From Escherichia phage W143: a stretch of DNA of 64,000 nt. A model generated the notes under the pieces. It made no database searches. It saw only the letters and a list, made by a program, of their open reading frames with translations, and was not told the origin of the DNA. The first letter of the stretch is position 1. The number at the start of each line of letters is the position of its first letter. This document shows, in pieces, positions 9,557 to 18,671 of the stretch. The DNA lies in sequence record MZ189262.1; one strand, given 5' to 3'. The position numbers and the translations under genes are program-made.

Positions 9557-10003
9557 TTAAAACGCTCGGTCAGAAAAAGAAATTTGAGTTTCAAGCCATT
9601 CAATATATTCTGCCGCAGCTTGCATCAAATTTCCTTCATAACCATCGTTATTTTCTTGTGCAGCTAATTTAGCTAATGCATATGAAATACGTTCACCTTG
9701 AAAAGCGGCTTTAGGTTTATGAATAGCTTGATCAACTCGTTCTACGATTTCTTCAATTTCGCCATTTTCTACTGATTCAGTATTCCACAAGCACCAATAC
9801 GTAATTGGCTTATCGTAAATGTTAATAACCTTTCCGCCAGAAAGTTCAATTTCAATAATTCCAGTATCAGGTTCTATATCATCTTCACGTTCTTTTGCAA
9901 GTTCACGAACTTTAAAGACAGTACCTGCACTAAGTTCCGGCCAGTAATTACACAGCCCTTTATCAGCACGATTAATTCTAAACCACTTATCTACTGTAAT
10001 CAT
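9557..10003 (-). CDS. Hypothetical protein (148 aa), in the position of T4 pin
   Basis: Track start is TTG 10021; ATG 10003 with GGAG 8 nt upstream; identity as pin is by synteny only. Confidence 0.45.
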   Translation of the reverse strand: MITVDKWFRINRADKGLCNYWPELSAGTVFKVRELAKEREDDIEPDTGIIEIELSGGKVINIYDKPITYWCLWNTESVENGEIEEIVERVDQAIHKPKAAFQGERISYALAKLAAQENNDGYEGNLMQAAAEYIEWLETQISFSDRAF

Positions 10004-10043
10004 GTCCCATCTCCATATCAATTAAGTCATTTATTGTTGGTTC

Positions 10044-10073
10044 ATTATATACTGTTTCTTCATCAGTGTAAAC
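10044..10073 (-). promoter_or_regulatory. Early sigma70-type promoter GTTTAC-N18-TATAAT
   Basis: -35 gtaaac at 10068-10073 and -10 attata at 10044-10049 on the plus strand. Confidence 0.55.
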
Positions 10074-10126
10074 CGGTTCTTCCGGCTCTGGCTCTACAGT
10101 TTCCCATCTAGCCGCTCACCAAGGTT

Positions 10127-10435
10127 TTATAGCGTAATCCATTCTCGTATTGTCTGAGTTACTACACGTTCACGAGGTTCGACTAATTCAACAGTCGGAA
10201 CTGCATAATACCAATCAGAATGGTAAGAACCTGAGCGAGATTCATTTACGGAAACATGCACATTATGTTTTGGACTAAAATAAACACACTGACGATATTG
10301 GCATTTGCCGTCTTGCACCCAGTCTTCTATTTCGGCAGGTTTAAGATAATCCGAAAAATCGAAATCATAGTTTTCTGAAAATGCATCATGGTCTTCGATG
10401 ATTTCACTCAGAACTGCATCAACATCGTAAATCAT
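10127..10435 (-). CDS. Hypothetical acidic protein (102 aa)
   Basis: ATG 10435 chosen because it abuts the upstream stop. Confidence 0.45.
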   Translation of the reverse strand: MIYDVDAVLSEIIEDHDAFSENYDFDFSDYLKPAEIEDWVQDGKCQYRQCVYFSPKHNVHVSVNESRSGSYHSDWYYAVPTVELVEPRERVVTQTIREWITL

Positions 10436-10437
10436 AT

Positions 10438-10653
10438 TTACCCCAATTTGACCATACAATCGCCGTATTTCCATTTAGAAATAGACTTTTCACCATTAGA
10501 ATAATAAACTTCGAGTTTAGCGCGGCCATTTTTAATTTGAATAACCTTTGCTGTCATCAAAGTTCCATACCCATAATAAACTGCAACCTCATCACCCACA
10601 TATACCGCGCTTCCGCGGTAGTCATGGATATAATCAGTTCCTTCGAGCATCAT
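10438..10653 (-). CDS. Hypothetical protein (71 aa)
   Basis: ORF overlapping the nrdC stop by 4 nt. Confidence 0.45.
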   Translation of the reverse strand: MMLEGTDYIHDYRGSAVYVGDEVAVYYGYGTLMTAKVIQIKNGRAKLEVYYSNGEKSISKWKYGDCMVKLG

Positions 10654-10913
10654 TTAAAGTATTCCCGCAATTGGTCAAATCCACCAATATGACTTCCATC
10701 AGGAGCAAATACTTGTGGCATCGTCAGTCCAATTTGAGTATCACGACCTAGTTTCGTCAGAAGCTCAGCGATTTTCTCATCATCAAAAACACCTTTTTCC
10801 GGCATAATGTTGATAAATTCAAACGGCTGTTTCTTAACAGTCAGCAATCGTTTCACATTATCGCAATACACGCATTTATGGATGTTGCTATCATAACCAT
10901 ATACTTTAAACAT
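10650..10913 (-). CDS. nrdC: Thioredoxin/glutaredoxin NrdC
   Basis: 87 aa with active site CVYC, matching my recollection of T4 NrdC. Confidence 0.88.
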   Translation of the reverse strand: MFKVYGYDSNIHKCVYCDNVKRLLTVKKQPFEFINIMPEKGVFDDEKIAELLTKLGRDTQIGLTMPQVFAPDGSHIGGFDQLREYFK

Positions 10914-10914
10914 A

Positions 10915-11157
10915 TTATTCCTTAATTCCTAGTACTTGTTTAAAAGTCTCGTCATAATCAAGACTTTGGCCCGTTTGTTCTTTATGTTTGTATATAATAT
11001 CACTTACTTCTGATAGCATATTTTTATATGAACGTGTTAAAGCAGATTTAAGCACGCTGTATCTATCAGGAAATTTACCATGTTCATTATAATACGCTAT
11101 TGCTAATTCACGGACTGCTTTTTCAGCAATCTCCATATATTCTTTACGCTTGGGCAT
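10915..11157 (-). CDS. Hypothetical protein (80 aa)
   Basis: ORF immediately upstream of nrdC. Confidence 0.45.
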   Translation of the reverse strand: MPKRKEYMEIAEKAVRELAIAYYNEHGKFPDRYSVLKSALTRSYKNMLSEVSDIIYKHKEQTGQSLDYDETFKQVLGIKE

Positions 11158-11461
11158 TTTCTTCTCGGTTAAATCTGTGTTTGCAATGACGGCATTTATA
11201 ACGAAGAATATTAGTCTGCCAATGAACTAATTGCACCTGTTCAGTACCACACTTTGGGCAGTTTGGAACATTCTTAGAAGCCCTTTCGCGACGTTCAACC
11301 ATAACCATAATGGCATCCCAGGCTGGAGGTTTAAAGTCTAAATCATCGCAACCATGAATCTTTCCACGCATTTCTAAATCGTCTTCTTCACCAGCCATAA
11401 TAATTTTAATTAGACTGGAATTACTTGAAGCTGCAATATCTTCTAATAGACGCTTTTTCAT
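11144..11461 (-). CDS. Hypothetical zinc-ribbon protein (105 aa)
   Basis: C-terminal CPKCG...CRHCKH four-cysteine motif. Confidence 0.5.
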   Translation of the reverse strand: MKKRLLEDIAASSNSSLIKIIMAGEEDDLEMRGKIHGCDDLDFKPPAWDAIMVMVERRERASKNVPNCPKCGTEQVQLVHWQTNILRYKCRHCKHRFNREENAQA

Positions 11462-12387
11462 TTCAGTACCTCAATAGCATTACGTAAACCATTTGCTTTT
11501 GCATTAAGAGCTTTTAACAATTTGGTGTGTTCAGCAATCTGGGCTTCAACTTCAACTAGTCGAGATTTGAGATATTCACGTTCTTCGCTCAGGTTATCAA
11601 CCTTTTCTACTTTAGGTTCTTTTACATTTGGCTTATATGTATTAGGGTTCTTCAGTTTAATTAGAATGCGTGAACTGCATAACATTGAACCATTATCTTC
11701 GGTTTCGTCATACATTTCCACTACGTCCATAATTTTTAACATCATGCGGAGTTTATAAGACAACGAACGAATAGTTTTGTTGTGCTTATTAATTTCTTTA
11801 GCTGTCATGGTGCCGAGATTACGTGAGTAATAATAAGGAACCTGGATATTAATTAATACTGATGAACCACCTGGCTTGTGTGTTACTTCATCAGCAATAA
11901 CCCAGTCCTTAACATGAACTGTATTTGTACGGTCATCACCCGCGGTAAATAGTTTACGAGCATGCTTAAAAAGCATATTCACTTGGTCATTGAATTGACA
12001 AGCAAATTTATCAGCAAATTTAGTTTCAGGAATGGTAGATAACCAATCAGCCAAATGGGTCTTTTTAACATCGTTAACAATAGTAAATTCAACCAAATCA
12101 GTTATAGATGTCTCAGATTTAATAAAGCTCGGCTTCATAAAGTTTTTAATGTTATCGCGAGCTACAGTAGAAGATAACATACGAGAACGTTTAAACCATT
12201 GAAGCAAATTGCCCAACGAATGAGAATAAGCGTTCTGTGTATCTTTACAGATATGATTTTCCTGGCCAACATATTGAAGGAAATCACGAAGAATATTATT
12301 GATTACTGCTCTGTGTCCGATCTGATAATTACGGTGTTTAGTAATAAGACTATCAAAATAATCAATATAATGTTTACGAGTTTTCAT
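11458..12387 (-). CDS. Hypothetical protein with C-terminal coiled coil (309 aa), family member A
   Basis: About 250-aa N-domain then heptad-rich tail [39 protein letters not shown]; N-terminus MKTRK. Confidence 0.55.
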   Translation of the reverse strand: MKTRKHYIDYFDSLITKHRNYQIGHRAVINNILRDFLQYVGQENHICKDTQNAYSHSLGNLLQWFKRSRMLSSTVARDNIKNFMKPSFIKSETSITDLVEFTIVNDVKKTHLADWLSTIPETKFADKFACQFNDQVNMLFKHARKLFTAGDDRTNTVHVKDWVIADEVTHKPGGSSVLINIQVPYYYSRNLGTMTAKEINKHNKTIRSLSYKLRMMLKIMDVVEMYDETEDNGSMLCSSRILIKLKNPNTYKPNVKEPKVEKVDNLSEEREYLKSRLVEVEAQIAEHTKLLKALNAKANGLRNAIEVLK

Positions 12388-12420
12388 GTTCTTCTCACTT
12401 GATTAATGATTTATACTCCG

Positions 12421-12434
12421 AGCCATCCTTGGCT
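12421..12434 (-). other. Short hairpin with TCCT/AGGA loop
   Basis: agcca-tcct-tggct; same loop with different stems at 13476-13489 and 15860-15879. Confidence 0.35.
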
Positions 12435-12439
12435 TTAAA

Positions 12440-13441
12440 TTACTTAATTAACTGTAAAGCTTGTTCCAGACGATCAAGACGATTAACAGATTCTTCCCAA
12501 ATCCTTTTAGCCTGCTCATATTCTTTCTGCGCTTTATTAGAAATTTCTAGAGCTTCTTTATAAGCTTTTTCTAATGCAATAACTTCTGGACGAATTTCGA
12601 CAGGTTTAGGCGAATCATCAAGATTATCCATTAGTTCCTCAAGTGTAGTTTCTTCTTTAGGAGTATTCACAATTTCATCACATTTTTGTTGGTAAATTTC
12701 TTTATCAGTCGGTGAATAAGCACATTTCACTTCACGAAGACTAACTACAATTTTATATCCTTCCCAACCGCATATATTCTTAAAAGGATAAGTATGAATA
12801 TTTTCTACCGTTTCCATACAAAGTAATGCGGTTTCTAATTGACGAGTTATAGTGCTAGCAATTGAGAAAAATTTATTAATATTCTTTTGGTTAGTTTCTG
12901 GTGTAAAAAATCCATAATTCACAAAAATAGCTACTTTATTTTTATCAAGCTCATATTCTTTTACGATAATCATATCAGAAGCCAAAGGATGAATTTGACG
13001 ATAATCGCCATAACATAATTTAGAAGCTGATTTTAGAATCTGTCCTTTGAAAAGTCTGAAATTACTAATCCAACGACGAGTAAAAATATTCTCAGGGTCT
13101 TCTTTATTATTAAGATGATAAGAATTAACATCACCGAACCAATTATATCCTACTACATCTTTGGTTCGTTTAATTTCTTTCCCAAAATTACCAAGAATAT
13201 CCCGATTAACCAAATATGAAAGAAGACGAGACTCTTTAAAGGTTTTCTTGATAACATCTTTATCTACACGACTAGAAATTTTACGAATTTCATGAATAAA
13301 TTTAGTAGAAGAAACAATACTCGCGTCAACGCTATTGAGCCATTGATTGATAATAGAAATAACGCTATTTTGGCCAAACACCGGTATAGCTTTATCATCA
13401 ATAACACTATTGAATGATTTGATATATTCGTTACGAGTCAT
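12440..13441 (-). CDS. Hypothetical protein with C-terminal coiled coil (333 aa), family member B
   Basis: Track start at 13492 lies inside the promoter; ATG 13441 (MTRNEY) has SD GAGGAG; coiled-coil tail. Confidence 0.55.
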   Translation of the reverse strand: MTRNEYIKSFNSVIDDKAIPVFGQNSVISIINQWLNSVDASIVSSTKFIHEIRKISSRVDKDVIKKTFKESRLLSYLVNRDILGNFGKEIKRTKDVVGYNWFGDVNSYHLNNKEDPENIFTRRWISNFRLFKGQILKSASKLCYGDYRQIHPLASDMIIVKEYELDKNKVAIFVNYGFFTPETNQKNINKFFSIASTITRQLETALLCMETVENIHTYPFKNICGWEGYKIVVSLREVKCAYSPTDKEIYQQKCDEIVNTPKEETTLEELMDNLDDSPKPVEIRPEVIALEKAYKEALEISNKAQKEYEQAKRIWEESVNRLDRLEQALQLIK

Positions 13442-13469
13442 ATTAATCTCCTCAGTAGAAAGTAAGAAC

Positions 13470-13499
13470 ATTATACCACATCCTTGTGGCAAAGTAAAC
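13470..13499 (-). promoter_or_regulatory. Early promoter GTTTAC-N18-TATAAT with hairpin in the spacer
   Basis: -35 at 13494-13499 overlaps the stop of the upstream gene; -10 at 13470-13475. Confidence 0.55.
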
Positions 13500-14515
13500 T
13501 AGTTCAGTGCATTTAGTGCATTGTTCAGTTTAGAACGTTGCTTCGTGAGATTTTTGACTTTTTCTTGAGCTTTTTCTAGCATCTTTTCAGCTTCTAGCAC
13601 TTCATTGGTCGCTTTAACGAGTTCATCATCTACTGCCTTAAGAGACTTCTCAATCGCGTCAGCGTGCCATTTTTCTACAGGTTTAAAATTTGAATTTTCA
13701 GTAGGAAGAAAACTCACTTTATTAAGTTTACATGCATCTATATTGCTTGAGCTATACATCCAAAATTTAGGATTGTTTGATAAGTAATTGGATAAATTTA
13801 AATTTAAGTTATCTTGCACTTCCTGCTTTTTCTCTTGCGTGACTTCGTCCTTTCTCAAAAAATCGTATTTAAATGAAACGATCATATCAAGTTCATATAT
13901 TGTTGTGTCTAATAAACGAGGTAAAATCTTAGACTGAACAGCGGCAACAACATCCATATACTTAAATGCTTCTGTCAACTGTGATTTAAGGCATTCGCAA
14001 ATTGAAAGAGAATTTTTTGTATTAGGTTTAAAGCTAATTCGTGCAGTTCTGTTATTTTCTTTTAATGGTCTTACTTCCATCTGAAGAGTATAACCATCAA
14101 ATTTCAGATTCTTTAAGTTAATATCAGAACCTTTTAATCGACTCGCAGTTGATAAAATTTGCTTTAATTGTCTACGGAACAGAGCAATAAATCTCCATTC
14201 AATACGATAATGATTTGGATTGAAAAATCCAGATGATAAATCGACCTTACTTTGACCAACGCCTTGAACAAATAAAGGATTTTTATAATCAATAGTTTTA
14301 CAGAAATCGGTGAGCTGCTCACGAGCCGTCATTTGTGTAATATATCCCGCTTTACTAAAATTACGCACCCATTCACTGCTATTCGTATACTTAAAGTGAT
14401 GAATAACACGATTAACTTTATCAGGGTCTAAATTATTTTCACACAAAAATGTCATAACATCACGAGTATAACTGGCATTACGAACCATATCTTCAATTTG
14501 AGAACGAGTTTTCAT
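13499..14515 (-). CDS. Hypothetical protein with C-terminal coiled coil (338 aa), family member C
   Basis: N-terminus MKTRS like member A; tail ELVKATNEVLEAEKMLEKAQEKVKNLTKQRSKLNNALNALN. Confidence 0.55.
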   Translation of the reverse strand: MKTRSQIEDMVRNASYTRDVMTFLCENNLDPDKVNRVIHHFKYTNSSEWVRNFSKAGYITQMTAREQLTDFCKTIDYKNPLFVQGVGQSKVDLSSGFFNPNHYRIEWRFIALFRRQLKQILSTASRLKGSDINLKNLKFDGYTLQMEVRPLKENNRTARISFKPNTKNSLSICECLKSQLTEAFKYMDVVAAVQSKILPRLLDTTIYELDMIVSFKYDFLRKDEVTQEKKQEVQDNLNLNLSNYLSNNPKFWMYSSSNIDACKLNKVSFLPTENSNFKPVEKWHADAIEKSLKAVDDELVKATNEVLEAEKMLEKAQEKVKNLTKQRSKLNNALNALN

Positions 14516-14523
14516 GGTATTCC

Positions 14524-15414
14524 TTAAGATTTAAGTAAATCAACAATTTTAATTAACTTTTCACGCTCAGATTTAGCTTTACTACTCAATCCAGATAGTC
14601 TGAAAATTTCATCGTCATATTGTTGAATAGAAATATTCAGCTCTTCAATCTGCTTATTAAAATAATCAATTTGTTCAGAATGTTTTTCATTACTACGAAC
14701 TGGTACAGGTTTTGCAGGCAATGTAGTTGAACTGGATTCATCCGGGCGATAAATTAAAATACAACTTGAACCAATAGGGCATTTTGCACCAGATGAATAT
14801 TCTAATGTTCCAGCTTCTTTTAAAACTTCAAAAGCTAAACAGAGATGATGTCCCATATTAACATAATCTGTAGAGCGAGCTCTGATGTAATAATCATCTC
14901 CGCGAATACTAAATTTAAAGCATTTAAGGTCTTCTGTATTATTGGTCTTAAAAATCATTTGTTTATCTAGACCTTTAGCTAATCGAGCGCCTAATGCTAA
15001 TAATCGTCGTTGATTTTCCCACAAATCCGCAATCATTTGGTCAAATGATAATTTCGGCATTAGTCGACCATAAAGGTCATATCCTTTATTATAATTACGA
15101 AGGATTTCACTCGCATTAATACGAGACAACGCTCCAATTTTATTAAGGGCTTTCATAATGCGATTAGATAAACTCATTCCAGACCCGTTTGTTCGCTGTA
15201 GATGTTTTTCTAATCCAAATCCAATATCAACTTTAAACTTATCTAAAATTTCGGCATGAACATCTCTGTCAATAACATTCAAATCCAAAGTTGGGTTAAA
15301 TCTATGAAAAAATTTATCTGGCTCTCCACGACGAAATACAGTCCATTCATTCATCATTTTTTTATTAACTAAAGATTTAATTACTGCATTGACATTATTA
15401 ATTACTACTGACAT
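14524..15414 (-). CDS. Hypothetical protein with C-terminal coiled coil (296 aa), family member D
   Basis: ATG 15414 preceded by TGAGGAAAATATG, upstream stop embedded in the SD. Confidence 0.5.
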   Translation of the reverse strand: MSVVINNVNAVIKSLVNKKMMNEWTVFRRGEPDKFFHRFNPTLDLNVIDRDVHAEILDKFKVDIGFGLEKHLQRTNGSGMSLSNRIMKALNKIGALSRINASEILRNYNKGYDLYGRLMPKLSFDQMIADLWENQRRLLALGARLAKGLDKQMIFKTNNTEDLKCFKFSIRGDDYYIRARSTDYVNMGHHLCLAFEVLKEAGTLEYSSGAKCPIGSSCILIYRPDESSSTTLPAKPVPVRSNEKHSEQIDYFNKQIEELNISIQQYDDEIFRLSGLSSKAKSEREKLIKIVDLLKS

Positions 15415-15421
15415 ATTTTCC

Positions 15422-15829
15422 TCACTCAATTTCAATTTTACTAAATACACAGAATATGATTGAACAGACTACATAAGCGCCACACACGGATTGAACTAAT
15501 ACCATCCCAAAGAACCAAACAATATTATCAAACAGTGTCTGTTTTACGTCGAAAGGACGTAAACTTACAGTAATATTATCACCTTTTTCTATTGAAGAAT
15601 ACATCTCTGGTGAAATATATTCACTAAATCTATAACCGTCTTTAAGTTCATATACGGCAATAAACGATAAACTAGACCCTTTTCCTTGTGTTCCTGTAAT
15701 GGTATTAACTACAGTAACATCATAATCTTTATAATGCATATAATCATTAATTGCGTAATAACCGTATGCAACTACTACACATAAACAACATATCAATAAA
15801 TTCAATCTTTTAATTATCAACTGTTTCAT
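15422..15829 (-). CDS. Hypothetical membrane protein (135 aa)
   Basis: Hydrophobic helices near both termini. Confidence 0.5.
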   Translation of the reverse strand: MKQLIIKRLNLLICCLCVVVAYGYYAINDYMHYKDYDVTVVNTITGTQGKGSSLSFIAVYELKDGYRFSEYISPEMYSSIEKGDNITVSLRPFDVKQTLFDNIVWFFGMVLVQSVCGAYVVCSIIFCVFSKIEIE

Positions 15830-15858
15830 AATAATCTCAATTAAAAGGGCTTAGAACC

Positions 15859-15879
15859 ATTATACCATCCTTGGTATAA
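15859..15879 (-). promoter_or_regulatory. Extended -10 (TGGTATAAT) embedded in an 8-bp perfect palindrome TTATACCA-AGGA-TGGTATAA
   Basis: Read from sequence; dyad symmetry suggests a protein-binding site or RNA hairpin overlapping the promoter. Confidence 0.35.
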
Positions 15880-15884
15880 AGCGG

Positions 15885-16412
15885 TTATGCGAGTACCGTC
15901 TTTAACCGTTCTTCAAACTTCCGAAGAGTATTTTGGCGTTCAGCTCTTTGCTTTTTGTAAGTTTCAATACGCTCTGAAATGAGAGAGTATCGTTCATTTA
16001 CTGATTCTTTCATAAAATCAGGAATTTCACGAGAAGCTTTAATCTCATCAAATTTATCAATAACAGCTTGTTCTTCAGCAATTAAGTTATCATACATTAA
16101 AATATCTTTCTTGATAAACTCAATATCTTCTTGAGTTACACGAGATAATTTAGATGCTTTATCCTTTTTGTACTGTTCGTTAGTATCACGAGACCAGTGT
16201 AATGTACGATTTTTATTCGTATTCTTGTAAATTTCTACAATACCAATCTCATCGATAATAACGATCCAATTCCAACGGGATTTGTAAATTTGTCCTCCAT
16301 CAACAGTGATTTCACCTCCGATTGAGATGTCGTTAAAGAACTTACTTTGTGCTTCAGATTTAAATTTACCATCGTTGTAATTTACCAGGTTGAAAATATC
16401 TTTAGCGTTCAT
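15885..16412 (-). CDS. Hypothetical protein with C-terminal coiled coil (175 aa), family member E
   Basis: ATG 16412 with SD GGAGGAA; C-terminal 70 aa heptad-rich. Confidence 0.5.
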   Translation of the reverse strand: MNAKDIFNLVNYNDGKFKSEAQSKFFNDISIGGEITVDGGQIYKSRWNWIVIIDEIGIVEIYKNTNKNRTLHWSRDTNEQYKKDKASKLSRVTQEDIEFIKKDILMYDNLIAEEQAVIDKFDEIKASREIPDFMKESVNERYSLISERIETYKKQRAERQNTLRKFEERLKTVLA

Positions 16413-16440
16413 TTTGTGTTCCTCCGTAGTTGATAGTTGT

Positions 16441-16470
16441 ATAGTACCACAGAGGAGCAGTCTTGTAAAC
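16441..16470 (-). promoter_or_regulatory. Early promoter GTTTACA-N17-TACTAT plus conserved leader ACAACTATCAACTAC
   Basis: About 45 nt nearly identical to 18556-18609 and 35866-35916. Confidence 0.55.
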
Positions 16471-16472
16471 CA

Positions 16473-16787
16473 CTAAAAGAAACTTCTTTCACAATTTTTT
16501 CCACTGAACCATGCGCTCACTGCTTTCTTAGTCTCAGGAGCAGTGTTATCCATAAACCATTCAAAGGCAGCCTTTTTATGATTCTGGAGGGCTTCTCGGG
16601 CTTTAATCTGCTCACGGTCTATTAACACTAACATATGAGCCTTTCTTGTCACCATGGGCTTCTTATGATTTTTTGAATACTCCCAGTCATTTGTCCATCG
16701 CATTGTTGTTGCGAACTGAAATACTGCTTCTTTAATCTTAGTTTCGTAAATTTCACGAGCCTTTGAGTATAACATCATTACCTCCAT
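16473..16787 (-). CDS. Hypothetical protein (104 aa)
   Basis: ORF between promoter cassettes. Confidence 0.45.
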   Translation of the reverse strand: MEVMMLYSKAREIYETKIKEAVFQFATTMRWTNDWEYSKNHKKPMVTRKAHMLVLIDREQIKAREALQNHKKAAFEWFMDNTAPETKKAVSAWFSGKNCERSFF

Positions 16788-16857
16788 TTACCAGTTTAAT
16801 TCTAGTCATCTTTTTGATGGCAGTCCATATAATCTATTTCTGAACTGCCTTTTTGTC

Positions 16858-17577
16858 TTAGGATTCTTTTAAATGTCTTTTCTGAAAAGTTGATACCATA
16901 CTACGATACGGTTCATTTGGATACCCGTGTTTTATAGCTTCCTTTGTAAATTTTCTCCATCCATATTTAGTTTCTTTCCAAAGCTCGAATAATTCATCTT
17001 CATACTGCCATATAGTTAAATGAGAACGCTTTGCAGCTTTAATTCCATTAATATGCTTTTCTTTTACTACAGGATTGCTTAGTTTCTTTTTAATAATATT
17101 ACTAACTTTTCTAACAAAAACTGGGTCCTTATATCGTTGCGAAGTTTTTATTGAAGTGTTTAATTTAGCTTCCGGTGTAGATGTGACCTCTTTCATCTTT
17201 TTCTTCATATGCTGTATATGATTAGGATTTTTCCATAAATTTATAGAATGCTTTTTGCATTTTATCCTAGTTTCATCTGCAACCTTTCCTCCTTCACCTC
17301 CGTATGACAGGTTAACACAGTTTTTTCCATATTTCAATTTACCTGCCATGATATATAATATTTCAGCTTGTACCATTTTATCATAATTATCAAAAACTTC
17401 TAAAACCGTTTTTGATAATATGTGGTCATTTGACACTTTTACACGTTCTATATAATTTCCACTACCAACATACGAATCATTGATGTTATTAGTTATATGT
17501 CGACCATAATAGTATTTCTTAATACCTGTCTTTAAATTTAATATTTCAGTTTTATAGATAGTAAAATATTTTTTCAT
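16858..17577 (-). CDS. GIY-YIG homing endonuclease, seg-like (239 aa)
   Basis: N-terminal TIYKTEILN...KKYYYGRH, NDSYVGSG and GGEGG motifs shared with the segB-like ORF at 36463-37128; ATGA overlap with the upstream ATPase stop. Confidence 0.65.
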   Translation of the reverse strand: MKKYFTIYKTEILNLKTGIKKYYYGRHITNNINDSYVGSGNYIERVKVSNDHILSKTVLEVFDNYDKMVQAEILYIMAGKLKYGKNCVNLSYGGEGGKVADETRIKCKKHSINLWKNPNHIQHMKKKMKEVTSTPEAKLNTSIKTSQRYKDPVFVRKVSNIIKKKLSNPVVKEKHINGIKAAKRSHLTIWQYEDELFELWKETKYGWRKFTKEAIKHGYPNEPYRSMVSTFQKRHLKES

Positions 17578-18542
17578 TTTAATAATACCGTTTCAGCGAT
17601 TTCTTCCCAATGATTTTTGTCGGTCATAATAAAGTCAGCAAGATAAAGAGCAGTACGCAGTGAAACATTGCGTAAACGATTAACATTAACTTTCATCCAT
17701 GATAATGCTTTATAAGTTTCTTCATCAGAAAGACCGCGCTTTTGCATCATGTCAGTTGAAAGAATAACATCTTCAACCCTGACCATAATTTCTTCATTAG
17801 TGTGAACACCCAAATCTAAATAAACTGAGCGGGACACTAATGCTTGTAAATGTGGAGCAAGTTTAGTACCACGGTCTAATTCGCGGTCAATGTCAACGTT
17901 TGTGATAAAAACAATCGTTCCTTTAAATTCAAACTCACGGTCAATGCCTTTTTCTTCTAAGTAAGAAGATGCAGTGCTCCAGCAGACTTTACGGGTCTCT
18001 CCAGTGTCCAGAGCAGCTTTTAGAAGATTAAGAATGTCCATATCAGAGAAAACATCCACATCATCAATCAAAAGGACAGAATTCTCTTCACGATTATTCC
18101 AAAGCTGTTCATAAAGACCAATACCAGAGATTTTACCATTAATGCTTTTATATTCAATGTATCCATTATCATTTGCTTTATTTAAAGCTTTATCTAAAGA
18201 ATACGTTTTACCAATACCTGCTGCGCCAGAGATAATTAATGAACGAATATTTCCGTTAATAATACCATTCGTCATCATTCCCATAACATTAAATCTTTTA
18301 TTAATGCGGGTTTTCATATCTTCATATGATTCTTTAACTTCTTCAACTTTTACACCATCATATGAAATATCTGATTTGTAAACCCAAACACCGCGACGTT
18401 TACCGTCAATTTCAACAAAAACTTTACCATCTCCTTGTGCATCTACCGGAGCATTATCAGGGAACCACTCACCTAAGAGCTCAAAAGTTCCAGAGATTTC
18501 TTTACCGAAGTAGATACCCTTATTGATAGTTACAGTTTTCAT
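17574..18542 (-). CDS. AAA+ family ATPase (322 aa)
   Basis: Walker A SGAAGIGKT and Walker B VLLIDDVD; track start is TTG 18554, ATG 18542 follows GGAGAATAAA. Confidence 0.65.
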   Translation of the reverse strand: MKTVTINKGIYFGKEISGTFELLGEWFPDNAPVDAQGDGKVFVEIDGKRRGVWVYKSDISYDGVKVEEVKESYEDMKTRINKRFNVMGMMTNGIINGNIRSLIISGAAGIGKTYSLDKALNKANDNGYIEYKSINGKISGIGLYEQLWNNREENSVLLIDDVDVFSDMDILNLLKAALDTGETRKVCWSTASSYLEEKGIDREFEFKGTIVFITNVDIDRELDRGTKLAPHLQALVSRSVYLDLGVHTNEEIMVRVEDVILSTDMMQKRGLSDEETYKALSWMKVNVNRLRNVSLRTALYLADFIMTDKNHWEEIAETVLLK

Positions 18543-18579
18543 TTTATTCTCCAAATCTGTATCAGTAGTTGATAGTTGT

Positions 18580-18609
18580 ATAGTACCATAAAGCTTTATG
18601 CTTGTAAAC
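18580..18609 (-). promoter_or_regulatory. Early promoter GTTTACA-N17-TACTAT plus conserved leader
   Basis: -35 at 18604-18609, -10 at 18580-18585. Confidence 0.55.
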
Positions 18610-18633
18610 CGTTTTGTGAAAAAATTTTTGAAA

Positions 18634-18663
18634 TAAAAAAGGGGGACCTCTAGGGCCCCCTTT
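18634..18663 (-). terminator. Rho-independent terminator (GGGGG.CC-UCUA-GG.CCCCC, U-run)
   Basis: Strong GC hairpin flanked by A-run and T-run, so potentially bidirectional. Confidence 0.65.
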
Positions 18664-18671
18664 GTGTTGAT

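Noticed and set aside
18542-18554. ORF-track N-termini beginning MENKM..., MEEIM..., MENEM... and similar
   Set aside because: These begin at TTG or GTG inside the sequence GGAGAAT(A/G)AA; the true start is the ATG that follows the GGAG Shine-Dalgarno, so the extended N-termini were trimmed
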